A stretch of DNA of 64,000 nt from the NCBI RefSeq assembly GCF_000143415.4, contig NW_003314304.1, forward strand, positions 1,499,351-1,563,350, read 5' to 3'. This DNA is from Selaginella moellendorffii. Its lineage: Eukaryota > Plantae > Lycopodiophyta. Shown here in pieces: positions 1 to 13,960 of the stretch; position 1 is the stretch's first letter; each line of letters opens with the position of its first letter. Position numbers and translations under genes: made by a program. The notes under the pieces were generated by a model. That model did not search any database and had not been told where the DNA came from. It worked only from the letters and a program-made list of their open reading frames with translations.

Positions 1-997
1 ACTCTTTGCTCGCACACATTCCAAGCGAGGCGAGATTTTATGCTACGAGACGCGATATTCCACCCAAGGATTTGAACGAGCGTGAAGAAAAAAGGGAAGA
101 ACACCCAACGAAAAACAAAGAACAACTTACAAAGCATTTTGTGGTCCCCTTGAAAGTTTTTACTCTCGCCACTTGGTATTTGTAAAAGCTGGAAGCTTTT
201 TAGGTGGTGACGTAGTGGCTTGCCACGTGCCCCACTGGGCAATTGCCGCGTGGCAAGCTAGCTTGCTTTGGTATCATTGGGCGTCATTCTCCGGTTCTAG
301 AGGAATATAAGTAGCTGCAAATTTGAAATTTTAATTGTGTAAAGGTTGTAAAGGTTCGAATTGATTGATTGATTGATCGATCCATGTGGTTAATGCTCCT
401 CGACTAAATGAATTAAAATTAATTAATCTAGCCGCACTAGCTTTTAACTAATTGGACGATCGCCAGGCCCATTCGTGTTGATGATGATAGCAAACATTAT
501 AAAAACCATGCAAAAACCTCGATCATCGATACCTTGATTCTTTTGTTACAACGACAACATTGGGGCATATTAAAAAGCGTAGAAAACTCTAGCAAAGTCG
601 CCGATATTTTTTGCAAGCCAACAAACTCTTCCTCTCTCCTAGAATGTTTGTGTGCTACTGTATCGATACGGGTCAAATTATACACTCCAATTGGTAGGTA
701 TTTGTACATATCTGCGCAGACTATTTAGGACTATTCAAAGCCATTTCTTGTTATCTTAAAGGCGAAAAAATTTGGCCCTTTTTACTTGATTCTCTGATCT
801 ATCTTAAGACCTTGTAGTTCATCCATAGCATAGTGGCAAGGAAAAAAATTTGACTCGCTCTCAATCCAGAGCCCCAGAGCCCACTACACAGGATCTCTCC
901 AATCTGTGATTGATGCCACCATGCTTAGATCATAGCCAGGGACCCATCTTGGGTTTTCTCCAATTTTTCTGATCGATCTTCTCTAGCAGTAAGCGCG

Positions 998-1031
998 AGA
1001 GGAGAGGGAGAGAGGGAGAGAGAGAGAGAGA
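998..1031. repeat. GA-rich microsatellite upstream of the 5-phosphatase gene
   Basis: (GA)n and GGAGAG run visible in the sequence. Confidence 0.8.
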
Positions 1032-1568
1032 TAGAGCTGTTTAGTTACAAGCCAAAGATCCTAGCATGTAGCTTACAGCAAATAGGATGGACGAAAGGAA
1101 TGGATTTGTGGCTCGATTGTGGAGGAGCTCCAAGCGTGACGTTGGTATTTGGGTTCTTGTGGCACGGCGGCGAGCGAGATCAGCAAATCAGATTCCAAGC
1201 CGGCATTGCTCGATACTTGCATTGTTTCCTTTGCTCCTCCCTCTTTTTTACTAGCAAGATCATCGCTAGCGACACACACACGCCCAACTATTTCTTTCTC
1301 GTCCCCTCTCTCTCATTTCCTCCCCTGCTTCTTTTTTTTCCTTCGTGTCTTGGTGGTCGGCTTGCTTCGCTGCCTTAAAGAATCCCACTCGATCGACACG
1401 GAGTTTGGAGCGATTTCGTCGCAGGGAATCTCGATCGTTTCAGGGAGAAGGAAAAAAATTGGTTTTTTAGTGTCTAGGTAGCGTGAGAAAGAAACGAAAA
1501 GAGGAAAAATGGGGAAAATTGGGTCGTTTTTTCGGTAGAAGAAGCTCACGACTTTTGGAAGAAAAAAA

Positions 1569-3969
1569 ATGGCTCAAAGAACAAATGCGAAGGGTCCGGA
1601 GGTAAGCGAGTTTGAGAATTTTTTCTTCCTTGCGAGAGAGATTTAAAAGATCAAATATTTTTTTTTCTTTCTTCGCAGTTTTTCTGGCCCCGACAAGTTC
1701 TTCGCAAGCTGCTCAAGTTGAAGCCCGCGTCGGACGGGTTCAATGCGGACGATCACGACGAAGACGACGACGACGACGACATGGAAAGCAGCGGCGATGG
1801 CACCTTGTCGTCCGGTATTCTTTCAAAACTTTGATAATGCTAAGCTTTCCATAAACTTTTGCTCGTGTTCTTCCGCAGATTCGAGTGAGCACGAGGTGGA
1901 GCTCAAGCCTGCAAATCGAACGCGAAGTTTGCCCCCGCTGTATCCAACGACAGGTCTCGAGAAAAATCTGTTTTTCCGCAACTTAGATATGGATCTTTTT
2001 AGTACTTCTTGTTTTTTCTTTCAGATCGACCGAAGCAAACACCGTCTCCAACTGTGGCTCTTGCGCGAGGACAGTCCGAGACGCTGTGGACGCAGCTTGT
2101 CGACACTCTCGACTACCGGTATGTCTCTCCAAATTCGATTTTGTGAGAAGCTCTTGCTCACCAGTCGCGAATTCTTTGTCCAGGATACATGTTGGGAGCT
2201 GGAATGTAGCTGGGAAGTCTCCAAACCCCGACTTAGATCTTCGAAAGTGGCTGGACGTCGATCAACCCGTGGATATGTACGTGATCGGGTAAGCCAAACT
2301 CGCTCTCGAGCTCTTTCGATCTTTAGAACTCAACAGTTTTCTGCTCTGATAGATTTCAAGAGGTCGTTCCTTTGAATGCCGGCAACGTCCTGGTAGCCGC
2401 CGACAACAGCCCCGTGGCAAAGTGGGAGTCGCTCATCCGCAAGACTCTCAATGGCGATCGGCGAAGAACAAAGAGCTGTCCAGCCTCTCCAGCCGCTGTT
2501 CATCCCGGCGACGACACCATCGAAACTTTCTCCTCGCTGCTCTCATCATCGTCGTCGTCATCGGAAGAACAATCTCGCCAGTGCGGTGCATCGCCAACTA
2601 TTTCCTCCTCGTCTTCTTCCGGAGACTCCGATGGAAGACAAAAGAGCAAACTTTCAACTCGAGGAGGAGGAGGAGGATTCCACCGGAGGAGCCGGAGTGC
2701 CTCGGACCATAACTTTCTCAACACCTGGACACCGAGTATCCCGCGCTCTAGCTCCGACGCCACACTCATCAAGTTTGCGGATTTGCCGTGTCCAAGCCAC
2801 GACGCGATCTCCCCGACCATCTCGGCTTGTCTCTCGGACAACACGACGATGGCTTCTCCCGGAAACTCGGAGAACTACGTCCGGATCGTGAGCAAGCAAA
2901 TGGTGGGAGTGTATGTCAGCATATGGATCCGCAAGAACCTTCGCAGGCACGTCCACGGACTCAAAGTTTGCTGCGTTGGCTGTGGACTCATGGGATACTG
3001 TGGAAACAAAGTAAGCGTTTCCAAGTTCTTCTTTTTTTGTTCCTGATCATCTTTTGGATTTTTTGTTCTTGATCTTGCGGGTATTTTCTTCTCTTCTCAG
3101 GGCTCCGTTGCTGTCAGTATGTTGCTCCACCAGACGAGCTTTTGCTTCGTTTGCACGCATTTGACATCGGGTGACAGGGAAGGTGACGAGCTACGACGAA
3201 ATGGCGACGTTGCCGAGATTCTCCGGCGGACGGCGTTTAATCGATCCAGCAAGGCCGGCTCGTCTAGCTCGGATCTTCCCGAGACAATCCTCCAGCACGA
3301 GTAAGCTTCATAGAGTTTTTGTGTTCTTCGAGAGCTCTAAAGTTTCGTTTTTCTTCGGCACAGTCGTGTGGTTTGGCTGGGCGACTTGAACTATCGTCTT
3401 GCGCTCAGTGATTCCGAGACGCGAGCTTTGGTTGCGAGAGGTGACTGGCAAAGATTGCTCGCTAGAGACCAGGTAACGTTTTCTGTCATCTTTTCTCTTT
3501 CTTTCTTCTTTCTCCTTGCGAGTGTTCTCTGCTGATCGAGTGTTCTTCCATCTTTTCCAGCTTAAGATGGAGCAAACTGCCGGTCGTGTCTTCGATGGCT
3601 GGCAAGAAGGAGGGATCTACTTTGCCCCCACTTACAAGTACGTGAAGAACACGGACTGCTACTTTGGAGTGAACTCTAAACCCGGAGAGAAGCGTCGAAC
3701 ACCATCTTGGTCAGTGTGATCTTGGTAGATGATTCAAGCTTTTGGATCTAAGTTGTGGAACGCACAGGTGTGACAGGATACTGTATCGCGGCCGCGGCCT
3801 CAAGCAAATTAGCTACGCTCGAGCCGAGCACCAGTTCTCAGATCACAGGCCTGTCAAGTCCGCGTTCCTGGCCGAGGTGGAAGTTTTCAGCAATCGCAAG
3901 ATGAAAACGGTGGCTAGGGTCACCAAATCCTCGCAGCTCAAATCCTGCAACGAAGAGGTATGGAAATGA
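1569..3969 (+). CDS. Type I inositol polyphosphate 5-phosphatase (CVP2/IP5P family), multi-exon
   Basis: Exon 1 (1569-1601, GT donor) splices to [12 protein letters not shown]. Family motifs: [89 protein letters not shown]. The last exon boundary is uncertain. Confidence 0.92.
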
Positions 3970-4688
3970 AAACCATTTCATTTCATTCTTTTTTCCTTTC
4001 TTTCTTGGTATCTGTTTAAAAATCCAATCAAAGATTGTCACCTTGGTCTAGTTCGGACGTTCAGCAGCCTTAGGATTTGGATCCCAACGCTACGGCCTCG
4101 AAAAGTCTCGTAAACAACACGAACAAATATCATTTTGCCTCGAAGTCTCGTGAAGAAAAAATCTATTAAAACTTTCTTTTTGTACATCGATATGGAGTTA
4201 AAAGTGTATGAAAAATGTAAAGCTTTCTCTTGAGACAAAAATCTTCGATATAAATTAATGTAAAGCTGCATATAGTTTTTGTTTTTGTGACATCATGGGA
4301 ATCAAAGATCACGATGGATATATAATCGCAATCACAATCTCGGTAGCTGACTTTAAAAAATACACGAGAAAGATGAATCCTATTTTTATTGTTCTTGGAA
4401 GAACCAGGCTTAACTTTGTCAAATCTTTGACTGCTTTTCGCTAAAATCGCGATGGAAGTACACACCCACGAGGCGACGAAAGTGGCCACTGACTTTGGAG
4501 CAGCTCCAAAGTTCGCCATCAAAATCTCGGTAGCTTACCTTCTTCTCGAAAGAATAAAGCTTGTGAATCCCTGTTGATCCGGACTATGGGAACCACAAGG
4601 AAACATCGCAAGCATACCAACCAAGCCAAGCATAGCTAGAAAACCATTAATCTATCCAACCTTTATAATAAGAATCACACTACCTCTA

Positions 4689-7599
4689 TCATTGAGGGAG
4701 CTTGCCGTGGAGGTATTGAAGCAACGCTTTTGTTCCGCGCTCGAGGATGCCTCGCCGAATGCTGCAGGGAATCCAAGATCACTAAAAAGCCTCTGTATCG
4801 CGAGAGCTACCTTCTCAATGGATTCCCGTCCACTTTAAGCTTGCGTAATGTGGGTTCCAGATATCCCTGATGACCCGGACAATGAGAAGCAAAGAAAAAG
4901 AGAACTTTGCGGGAAAAGCATACCAGTTGAGGAGGAAGAGTAGACAGGTTGTTGTCCGTCAAGTCCAGTTCTTCGAGCGTACTCATCTCACCGAATTCCT
5001 GCATCAAGCAATAGCACGCAAAACATAAAAGAACTTAAGAGACTTGCCTGAGGTAGCACGCTAATATTGTTCTGGCTCAAGTCCAAAATTCGTAAGCTAG
5101 ACATCCGGGGCAAATCCCAAGGGATGGCTGCCATTTGAGTTCTCCTGTGCAGACGCCAAAGTTAGTTTTAGAGAGAGTCTAAAAGCATGTATACGTTTAC
5201 TCACATCAGTCGCAGTTCTTGGAGGCCAGTCATTAGAGACAAGCACGGAGGTGGTAGAAGCTGTGCAACCACGCCACTTAAATCCAGGAGTTGTAGATTG
5301 GACACGGCCGAGAATGCACCTGGTGGAAGCTAAACACACGCAGGTTAATACAGAAAGTTGGAGCTTGTTTGAAAACCCCGTACCGCAACTATAGGATTTC
5401 GAGCAAGATTTAGATGCTTGAGGTTTGGTAGAGAGGCGAAAACGCTTCCTGGCCACTCTTGGATCTTATTGTCTGCAAGAATGAGAGCCTGTGACGCGAT
5501 AACTTGGTGAGACAAGAAACTGCTTTCTCGAAATGCTGATTACCTCCATCGAAGTGCACATCGACATTTCTGGCGGCAGCTCTTGGATGCAGTTCTTAGC
5601 AAGATCAAGTTGGACAAGGTCGCATGACTCCCACACTGCAGGAGGAACATGGTCCAAATTTTTGTCGGAAAGAGACAAGGCCTGAAATAAAGTTCAGTCT
5701 GTTGTCTTTGAAAGTATTAATTGGAAAGAGTTTGGTACCACACTTTTGAAGAAACTGCCACTCGTGCTGCTTGGACAACCTGCTCCTGGATGTTCATGCC
5801 AAATATATTGCCTGACGAGGCAGCTTCTGGTTTTGATTCTGCAAATCAGAAGCTGGAGTTGAAAAGTCTTGTTCCAGCCTCATAAATTACCATCTTCAGC
5901 TGTGGAACGATCACGCAAGTACTTAAGTAGAGCAGGAGTACTTCCAGTAACCAAGGAACTGCACTCATTAAAAAGAAAGTGCAATCAGTACTTTGGCATA
6001 GGTCAAAGATCTTACGTTCTTAACGTTCGCAAGGGATTTCCTGTAAGCACAAGCTTTCTCAACGATCCCATGAAGCCTGTAGGAACCGAAGTGTCAAAAA
6101 CGCAATCAGGAACTTCAGCTTTTACTAACCGAGCTCAGGAGGCAATCCGCTTAGATTGTTGTTAGAAAGGTCGAGCACAGAAAGCCGCATGGAACAAGCA
6201 GAAACTGGGAACTCAGAGAGCTGAGAGACAATGTTTAGTGGAAACATCACACAAGGAGCCACACAAGGACTGGAAACATCACCTGATTACCATGCAGATC
6301 AAATGTGAGCAATGACTGGAGGTTCCCAATCTCGTTTGGAAGAGAAGAAAGCAAGTTATCTCTGAACAACAATAAAATGTATATATACTTTTTAGACACA
6401 TGTAAAGAAAGGTACATACCCAAAATACGCCTCCACCAGCATACTGCAATTTACCAAAGAAGATGGTATCGACTTGATCTCTATGCGGAATTTTGTCAGT
6501 AAGCTAATCACATTTGAAAATAGAGCACATACTATTCTGATGTAAGTCGAGACGTAGAAGTCGAGTGAGATTACCAATTTCTTCTGGTAGCTCAGTTATA
6601 GCATTCTTTCCTGCAGTTTAATTCCACTAGAAATAAGATGATGCCGAAACGGGCGGAAGAATGTACCTGCATTAAGCTCAGTCAGATTACCGAGCGAGTG
6701 GAACAAGCTTGAAGGAAAACCGGTGATTTTGTTTCCCTACAAGCAAGTCACAAAAGTGGGATCACCGGATTCAACGAGAAAGTAGAAAAGTAAGAAAGAA
6801 TCACTTTTACCTCGATACTGAGGCTAATCAGTCGAGAACAGGAAGCCAGTTGATCTGGCAGAAATGTGAGGCCATTGTTGGACAACTGGAAACAAACACT
6901 CGCGCTAGAAAAAAGCACAAATTTTTCACATCTTCACCTTTAGCTCTGCAAGATCAACACACAGTCCAATCGTGGAAGCAAGCTCCTTAATTTGGTTGTT
7001 GGACGCGAGAAACCTGCCAAAAAACAAATAAAATAAGGACCCACACGATTCGTGTCGATCGTGTTCGTATTTCTGTAGCTTACTTCACGAGAGATGCTAG
7101 ATTTCCAATCTCCACCGGAAGTTCCAAAATCGCATTGTGAGAAACATCGAGCGTCTTCAATGAAGTCAGCCTGAGAAGAAAGAATCAGCAGACGAGAAAA
7201 GTCAAGCCACTAAAACTCTTACATGCCAATGCTTTCAGGAAGAGATTCCAGTTCATTGTAGCTGATGTTGAGGACCACGACAGAGACGAGATTCCCGAGC
7301 TCCTGGGAAAGAAGCTTGATCTTGTTGTGAGCAAGAACAAGCCTGTGAAGATCTACAAGCTTGAGAAGACAAACCAGCAAAACGGTTTATAAAAAGTCCA
7401 ATGCGAAACCATACCTCCCACCACTTTTCATCCTGCCCAACACACTCCAGGAGCTTGTAGACTTGCGGAGGCACTTCCCTGGAATCACCCACATTACCAG
7501 TTAGTGTCGCAAGTAAAGGATTGAATGCGCGTACCTCAGATTCCTGTTGGAGAGGTCGAGAGAACCGGATGCTCGAGCCATCTTGAGAAGGCGTTCCAT
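4689..7599 (-). CDS. Intracellular LRR protein, LRRC40/At3g15410-like, multi-exon
   Basis: Starts [21 protein letters not shown]; has a DEKWWE motif and many LxxLDLxxNxL repeats; ends [33 protein letters not shown]. Confidence 0.85.
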
Positions 7600-7706
7600 T
7601 CTCTCCTCACCTCTCTACCTAGGGCTCACACTCAATTTCTTCTTCTTGGCTGTTCCAAGCACTTCCCATCCAGTTTATAAGACATGGATGGGTACAGGCT
7701 GTTTGG

Positions 7707-9440
7707 TTACTTGTTTTCTTCAAAATCCAACCAGTCCAAGTTGGCGATTTGCTTCGTCTCCACATCCCGTGCTTGTTTCAGCGTCTCTTCGTATGAGCCG
7801 GTCTTGGACCTCCGGACATCGTCTAAAAATTTCGATTTGTCCCTCCTCCAGTCTTTGAAAGCGTCGTCAGCTTCTGTGAACACTTTCTGGAACAAGCGAG
7901 AGGAAGAATGAAGAGAGCAATAACGAGAAATGAAACATCTTACCTCCTTGTCTGCGATAATCGATCCCTTCTCGCGCTCCAAGAGTGAAGTGCTGATCAG
8001 AAGTTGTTTGAGAATATCGAACAAAAAAAGGAAAGAAAATCACACCTTAAGATGACTTTGTCCGGAACTCGAGGTCTCAGTACTACTGCCTTGATGCGAT
8101 CCCCTTCCGCAAAAATGTCGGCCACGCGAGCAATTCTTCGATGGGATATGTTCGATATATGGAGCAATGCGCTGAAAGAAAAAAAAAAAAAGACGATTCA
8201 AGCCGGTTCGATACATAGACAAACTACCTTAAATCTGTTTCATCAATGCTGACAACAACTCCATAAGCTTCAACCTTCTTGACAACACCTTCAACTAGTG
8301 AGTCCGGGGGTGCAAGCTGTTGTACCTGAAAAAATAGCAGAACAGTACCCATTAAGTGGACTCTATTCAGAGAAACTGAAGATACCCACCCATGCTGCGC
8401 GTTCGTTCACAAGTATTCTCGCTTTTGCTTCCTCTACCTCAATAATCATCACAAGCAAAGTTCTTCCCACCTATACGCAACAGAAAGCACTTCAGTTTCT
8501 TACGTGAAGTGAAACTGTATCCAGCTTACATAGTCTTTCAGCTGTGTGATATCCCGAGGCGAGTTCTGGATCATATCTTTTGGAAGGAAAGCTGTCAACC
8601 CCTGCAATAGTTTGGTCGGCCACCAAAATCGGGTAAATGCTCCAAACGAAGTACCTCAATCCGACAGATCAGCCCACCGAGATTGTACGATTCAATCCGG
8701 ACTTCTATACTTTCTTCAGCGCTGTGAATCTGACTAAAAGAAAGCAGGAAATGAAATTCCACCATGATCAAAATATGAACTGCTAGAATAAAGAGAAGAA
8801 TACTCACATCTCTCACTCGTTGCCAAGCGATCGGTCGAGAAAAGTTCCGCATAGATAGCAAAGCTGTGCCGCTCAAAGTCTTCCCGATTATCAAAAGCTG
8901 CACAATCGTCCCAGGCTCCACCATGAGATCGCCACCAGCGGAAGCATCCAATGCCTCGTCATCTTTCACGAGACAAGCCCGACCACTTGTTGGTGGAACA
9001 AATCTCTCCGAATAACCATCAGAATTATCGTCGTCAATCCTCCACATTCGATCTTCCAGCTTGAACCTCTCGAAAGGAACAAGATCCCGCGCAAACATCA
9101 TTCCCAGCGATTGAGCTCCTATGTCCACTTCCAATTTGCTGCTGTTCCCGGACACTACCATCCCCACAACAACATCCCCGAGCTTTGGCTCGTAGTAATC
9201 CACCGAAATATCCTCCACAGGAGCTGGAATCGGCGCCTTCTCCTCGAAATCTTCCTTCTCCTCGCCAGCGCTGCTGTTCTTGCCTACTGGAGGAACCGGT
9301 ACCTTAATCTCTGCTCGAATCGGCTTCTGTGGACTCGGAATCGATCTGACACTGCTTTCACCCTGCATTGCCCGGGCGCTCATCCTAGAACTCCTTGCCG
9401 GCGCGCAAAACCCTGGGCGCCATAGCGCTTGCTTCTCCAT
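7707..9440 (-). CDS. PDE338: Plastid S1-domain RNA-binding protein (PDE338/RLSB-like), multi-exon
   Basis: Transit-like N-terminus; YYEPKLGDVVVGMVVSGNSSKLEVDIGA, RPIAWQRV, IESYNLGGLICRIE; C-terminal exons ISTSLLEREKGSIIADKE/KVFTEADD. Confidence 0.75.
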
Positions 9441-9532
9441 CGCTTCCAAAAACCCTAGGGAAAGAGGAGGGAGAATCTTTTATTTATTTGTTTAAAACTC
9501 ACAAGAATCAAGGAAGAGTCTTGTTGGACGAA

Positions 9533-11258
9533 TCATCCAGCCAAGTTTAAAGTGAACGATACATATGGATGAGCTTCCACTTCTCCTCCCACGATTCCAG
9601 CCACGCCACCACCATCTTCGTCAGATTTCCAAAAGCCACTGCGCGATCAAACACGCTCGAATGTCACAAACCAAGAAAAAAATCCATTTTTTTCTTTACC
9701 TGTTGGGAGCATTACACAGTCCTTCGAGCATTGATCGGACTTTCTTCTCGTTTCTCTGGCTAGGAGCCATCACTGCGGCCTGTGAATCGAGAAAAAATGG
9801 TTTTTTGTATAGACAAATCTTTGGTGGTATGGATGGATCTTACCAGGAACTTTGGAGGAAGGCCGTATCTCAAAATACTCTCGGCAAAGATCCGGATGGC
9901 ACATATGTGCATCCACGCACTGAAAACCTGCGACGAGGGATGAAAATTGTTTTTCAGATCACGAAAGATAAAAAGAGAAAATGATCACACACCTCTCCGT
10001 AACTAGCACAGCACCACTGTTGGAGGGAGCTTCGTAGGCTGTCGAGTTCGCGGCTCAGCTTATCTTGTTCTTGCCTTCTTTGTTGTTGTCCCTCTGGATC
10101 AAACTCGATATCTCTAACCTGATAGAATCTAAAGGCCGTCAGTGAAGAAGAAATGGACTTTTTACCTGGAAGCCTCTCTCTCGTGCAGCTGATTTGAAGT
10201 TGTCTGCTACCTTGCGAAAGAGGATCACGGTGTACAGAGCATACTCGTTGTCCTCGTGTAGCTTCGCAGATGATCGAGGAACCTGAAACGTTTTGATCAA
10301 AATCTTGCGGTTAGAGCGCGCTGTCTTACCACAAAGTCAGTGAGACTTTCGTAGCTCTTTAGCCATTCGTTTTGCGAAAACTTTGAGACTACCACCACTA
10401 AAGTCACCAGGTGCTCCGTGCTGATAACGTCGGACGGCTTCACCAGGTTGGAGATGTCACGCGCGGCCATGCTACAAAGAACCAAAAACTCAGTTTTTCC
10501 AGCACGAATGACCGCGACAGACCTTCCAGTTTGCCTGCGATTGATAGCACTGAGTTGTGTTTTCACATTCGTGTACTCTGCTACTCTAATCTGCAAGAAA
10601 ATTCACAACACCAACTTGAGCAAATCACACACAAAAAAAAACTCACTTTTAAGTCGTCTTCGTGCTTGGAAACGTTGTCTTGGATCATATCGGCAGTCTC
10701 TCTGAGAGGATTCATGAGTGGATACTTCGCCTCGTCCCACGTAAATCTGTCAGTAGTCACGACAAACGCTTTAGAATTCCGAGCACTAGGATGAGAAAGA
10801 AGAAAAACAAATCGTTCTCTCTACTTGGTAATGTAAGTGTCAACTGGTACCCCATCGACTGTAAGAGCGCTCGCTTCCACTCCAGCGTGATGATCCAAAT
10901 CCTCGATCTGGCGACGAATCTTGTGTGTCACTCCCTCCACCACGCCATTGATCTACATTTTTTTTTCCCAGTAGCCCTTGAGAATGAATCCATCGAAATA
11001 ATTGAGCTATGAGTACCTTGACAAGATCATCGCTGAGAACCATGAGCGCATCGAGCGTCCCGATCCGCAATTCAGGGATATTGAACTGCGACGAATGGGA
11101 GTGAGGAAGAAGGAAGAAGAGATTTGGGGAAATACCTTGTAAGTCGGTGTGTCGAAGGCGACTCTGGAGATCCCTTGCTGCAATGCGGCCCATGTCGCAG
11201 CTGCCGATTCGAGCACCGGGAGCGAGACGAGGCAGTAGCGCGTCACGGCCAATGCCAT
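9533..11258 (-). CDS. VHA-C: V-type ATPase subunit C, multi-exon
   Basis: [84 protein letters not shown]. Confidence 0.93.
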
Positions 11259-11316
11259 CGAGCGATCGATGCCGCGCGAGAGCGAAGAGGGAGAACAGAG
11301 ATCCCAAAAACTTTAG

Positions 11317-11332
11317 AACCCTAATTAGGGTT
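11317..11332. promoter_or_regulatory. Palindromic double telo-box (AACCCTAATTAGGGTT) in a putative bidirectional promoter
   Basis: Perfect 16-bp palindrome between the divergent ATGs at 11258 and 11353/11371. Confidence 0.55.
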
Positions 11333-11370
11333 TTGTGGCTTGTGTGCGTCTGATGCGTTGCGTTGATGCG

Positions 11371-13900
11371 ATGTCGGCCGTGTCGGCCATGGCGATGGAT
11401 CATCGTGTGATCGCTCCAGCCCCTGGATCCCCAGCATTTCAATGCAAGCTGCGAAAATCTCCATCTCCATCGCCAGCGCCATGGAAATGCAGGGTTTTGG
11501 CTTCCTCCTCGAGCGAGCGCCAGTTTCTTCAGAGAAAGCGGCCGATCTACGTCCCTAGCAGGATCGATGATCCCAGCTACGTCCGGATCTTCGACACGAC
11601 GCTCAGGGACGGCGAGCAATCCCCCGGCGCGACGCTGACGAGCAAGGAGAAGCTCGACATTGCGCGGCAGCTTGCCAAGCTGGGCGTGGACATCATCGAG
11701 GCGGGATTCCCAATCGCGTCGCCCGACGATCTCCTGGCGGTCAAGGGGATCGCGCTCGACGTTGGCAACAGGGTGGACGATGACGGGTATGTTCCAGTGA
11801 TTTGTGGGCTCTCTCGATGCAACAAGGCGGACATAGCTGCCGCCTGGGAGGCTGTGAGCCATGCTCTCCGGCCTCGAATCCACACCTTCATCGCGACTAG
11901 CGAGATCCACATGAAGCACAAGCTTCGCAAATCACCGGACGAGGTCGTCCAAATCGCCACTGACATGGTTGGATACGCCAAGAGCCTTGGCTGCCAGGAC
12001 ATCGAGTTTAGTCCCGAGGATGCTGGAAGGTATGCATGGAGATTTTTTTTCCTTGCTTGTTCTTGATCTTCTGACACGAAAAAACAAATTTTGTTTGTTT
12101 TTCTAGGTCCGATCCCGAGTTTTTGTATAGAATTCTCGCGGAAGTTATCAAGGCTGGAGCCACCACTCTCAACATTCCGGATACTGTTGGCTACACGCTA
12201 CCTTCGGAGTTTGGAAGGTTGATAGCAATGATCAAGGAAAACACGCCGGGAAGCCAGAATGTTGTCATTTCTACCCACTGTCAAAACGATCTTGGACTCG
12301 CGACTGCCAACACTCTTGCTGTAAGTGTTCCTCATAAGAAGAAACTTTTCTTGCTTTCGTAGTTTTTTGTTTCTCGCAGCTTGAGATTCTCGGGTCTGAT
12401 CTTTCGAGCAGGGTGCTTATGCAGGTGCCAGGCAATTGGAAGTAACAATCAACGGTATTGGAGAGAGAGCAGGCAACGCGTCGCTTGAAGAGGTTTGCCA
12501 TCTTAAAGTCTGCCTGGGTTTACCCGTTACTCATTACTTCGTCGTAGGTAGTCATGGCTATTAGATGCCGCGGAGACGAGCAGCTCAATGGTCTCCACAC
12601 GGGCATCAAACCCAAGCATATTGCTGTCACAAGTCGCATGGTGAGTTTTACTTCAGTTTCTTCTGTAACGTGGCTTTCTCTCTGGTTGCGCGTTTCAGGT
12701 GTCTGACTATACAGGAATGACCGTTCAACCTCACAAGGCCATTGTTGGGGCCAACGCATTTGCTCACGAAAGCGGAATCCACCAGGTTAAATCTACATAC
12801 TGTAATGGAAGAGGTCTCACGTAATTGTCTCTTGGCAGGATGGGATGCTAAAGTTTAAAGGAACTTATGAGATCATGTGTCCGGAAGACATTGGACTTGT
12901 TCGTGCTGATGAAGCCGGTATCGTCCTTGGAAAGCACAGGTAACAGCTATGGTTTTTGCTGCTTGTTTGTCCTGACGGCGAGCTTTTTATCTTTAGTGGT
13001 CGGCATGCGTTAAAAACTCGGTTGTCCCAGGTATGACTGCCCGTTTTAGCATCAGTTGCCATAGTCTAATTCTACGAGCTGATAGCTGGGATACGAGCTA
13101 GAATCCAAGAAGCTGGATGACGTTTTTAAACGTTTCAAGGCTGTGGCAGACAAAAAGAAGGTAATGTTGTACTTTGCGATGTTTTCCGGCTTCTAAGTGC
13201 TGTGCTGTGCTTTTAGTCCTTATCGGATGTTGACCTGGAAGCTTTGTTATCGGACGAAGTTTTTCAACCAGAAGTTGTGTGGGCTCTTTTGGACCTCCAG
13301 GTTTGCTGCTTTTGCTGTTGCTTCGGCTCACTGTTTGAATACCTTTCTTGAAACAACAGGTCGTGTGTGGAACCCTGGGATTATCAACAGCGACCGTGAA
13401 GTTATCTGGTCCAGATAACATTCAACGTGTTGGTACGTCCATTGGAACGGGGCCTGTGGATGCAGCATACAAGGCAGTTGATTCAATCGTTCAGGTAATC
13501 AAATTTCCTTGAGGAAACTTTTGCATTGCACTGAACAATCTTACAGATTCCAGTAACTCTTTTGGAGTATTCCATGAACGCTGTTACTGAAGGAATCGAT
13601 GCAATCGCCAACACAAGAGTCGTGATACGTGCCGAGAACTCGACTCCAGTAACGCACGCCCAAAGCACAGAGCCTGTTCAGAGGTCTTTCAGGTGAGAAT
13701 CCATGAAGTTGCTACATCTTCATTCTTACGATTCAACCTTCTGCCTGCTCAGTGGATCCGGTGCATCCGAAGACGTGACAGTCTCAAGCGTCCGAGCTTA
13801 CGTGAGTGCTCTTAACAAAGTGATTGGATTTTCCAAAGCAGTCCCTAGTTCCGAGTCGTCGGTTTCAGCTACTCAGGCTACCACAGTTGCGACAAAGTAG
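11371..13900 (+). CDS. IPMS: 2-isopropylmalate synthase, plastid, multi-exon (start could also be 11353 or 11389)
   Basis: [71 protein letters not shown]; C-terminal regulatory domain GTGPVDAAY. Confidence 0.95.
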
Positions 13901-13960
13901 AGATAACTTATCCCAACGGTAGCTGTACAGTTTTGCAAGATTTAATCCAGGGATATAGCT

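Noticed and set aside
218-258. 10-bp inverted repeat containing a G-box (CACGTG)
   Set aside because: Short, far from any supported TSS, and without TSD or Helitron end context.
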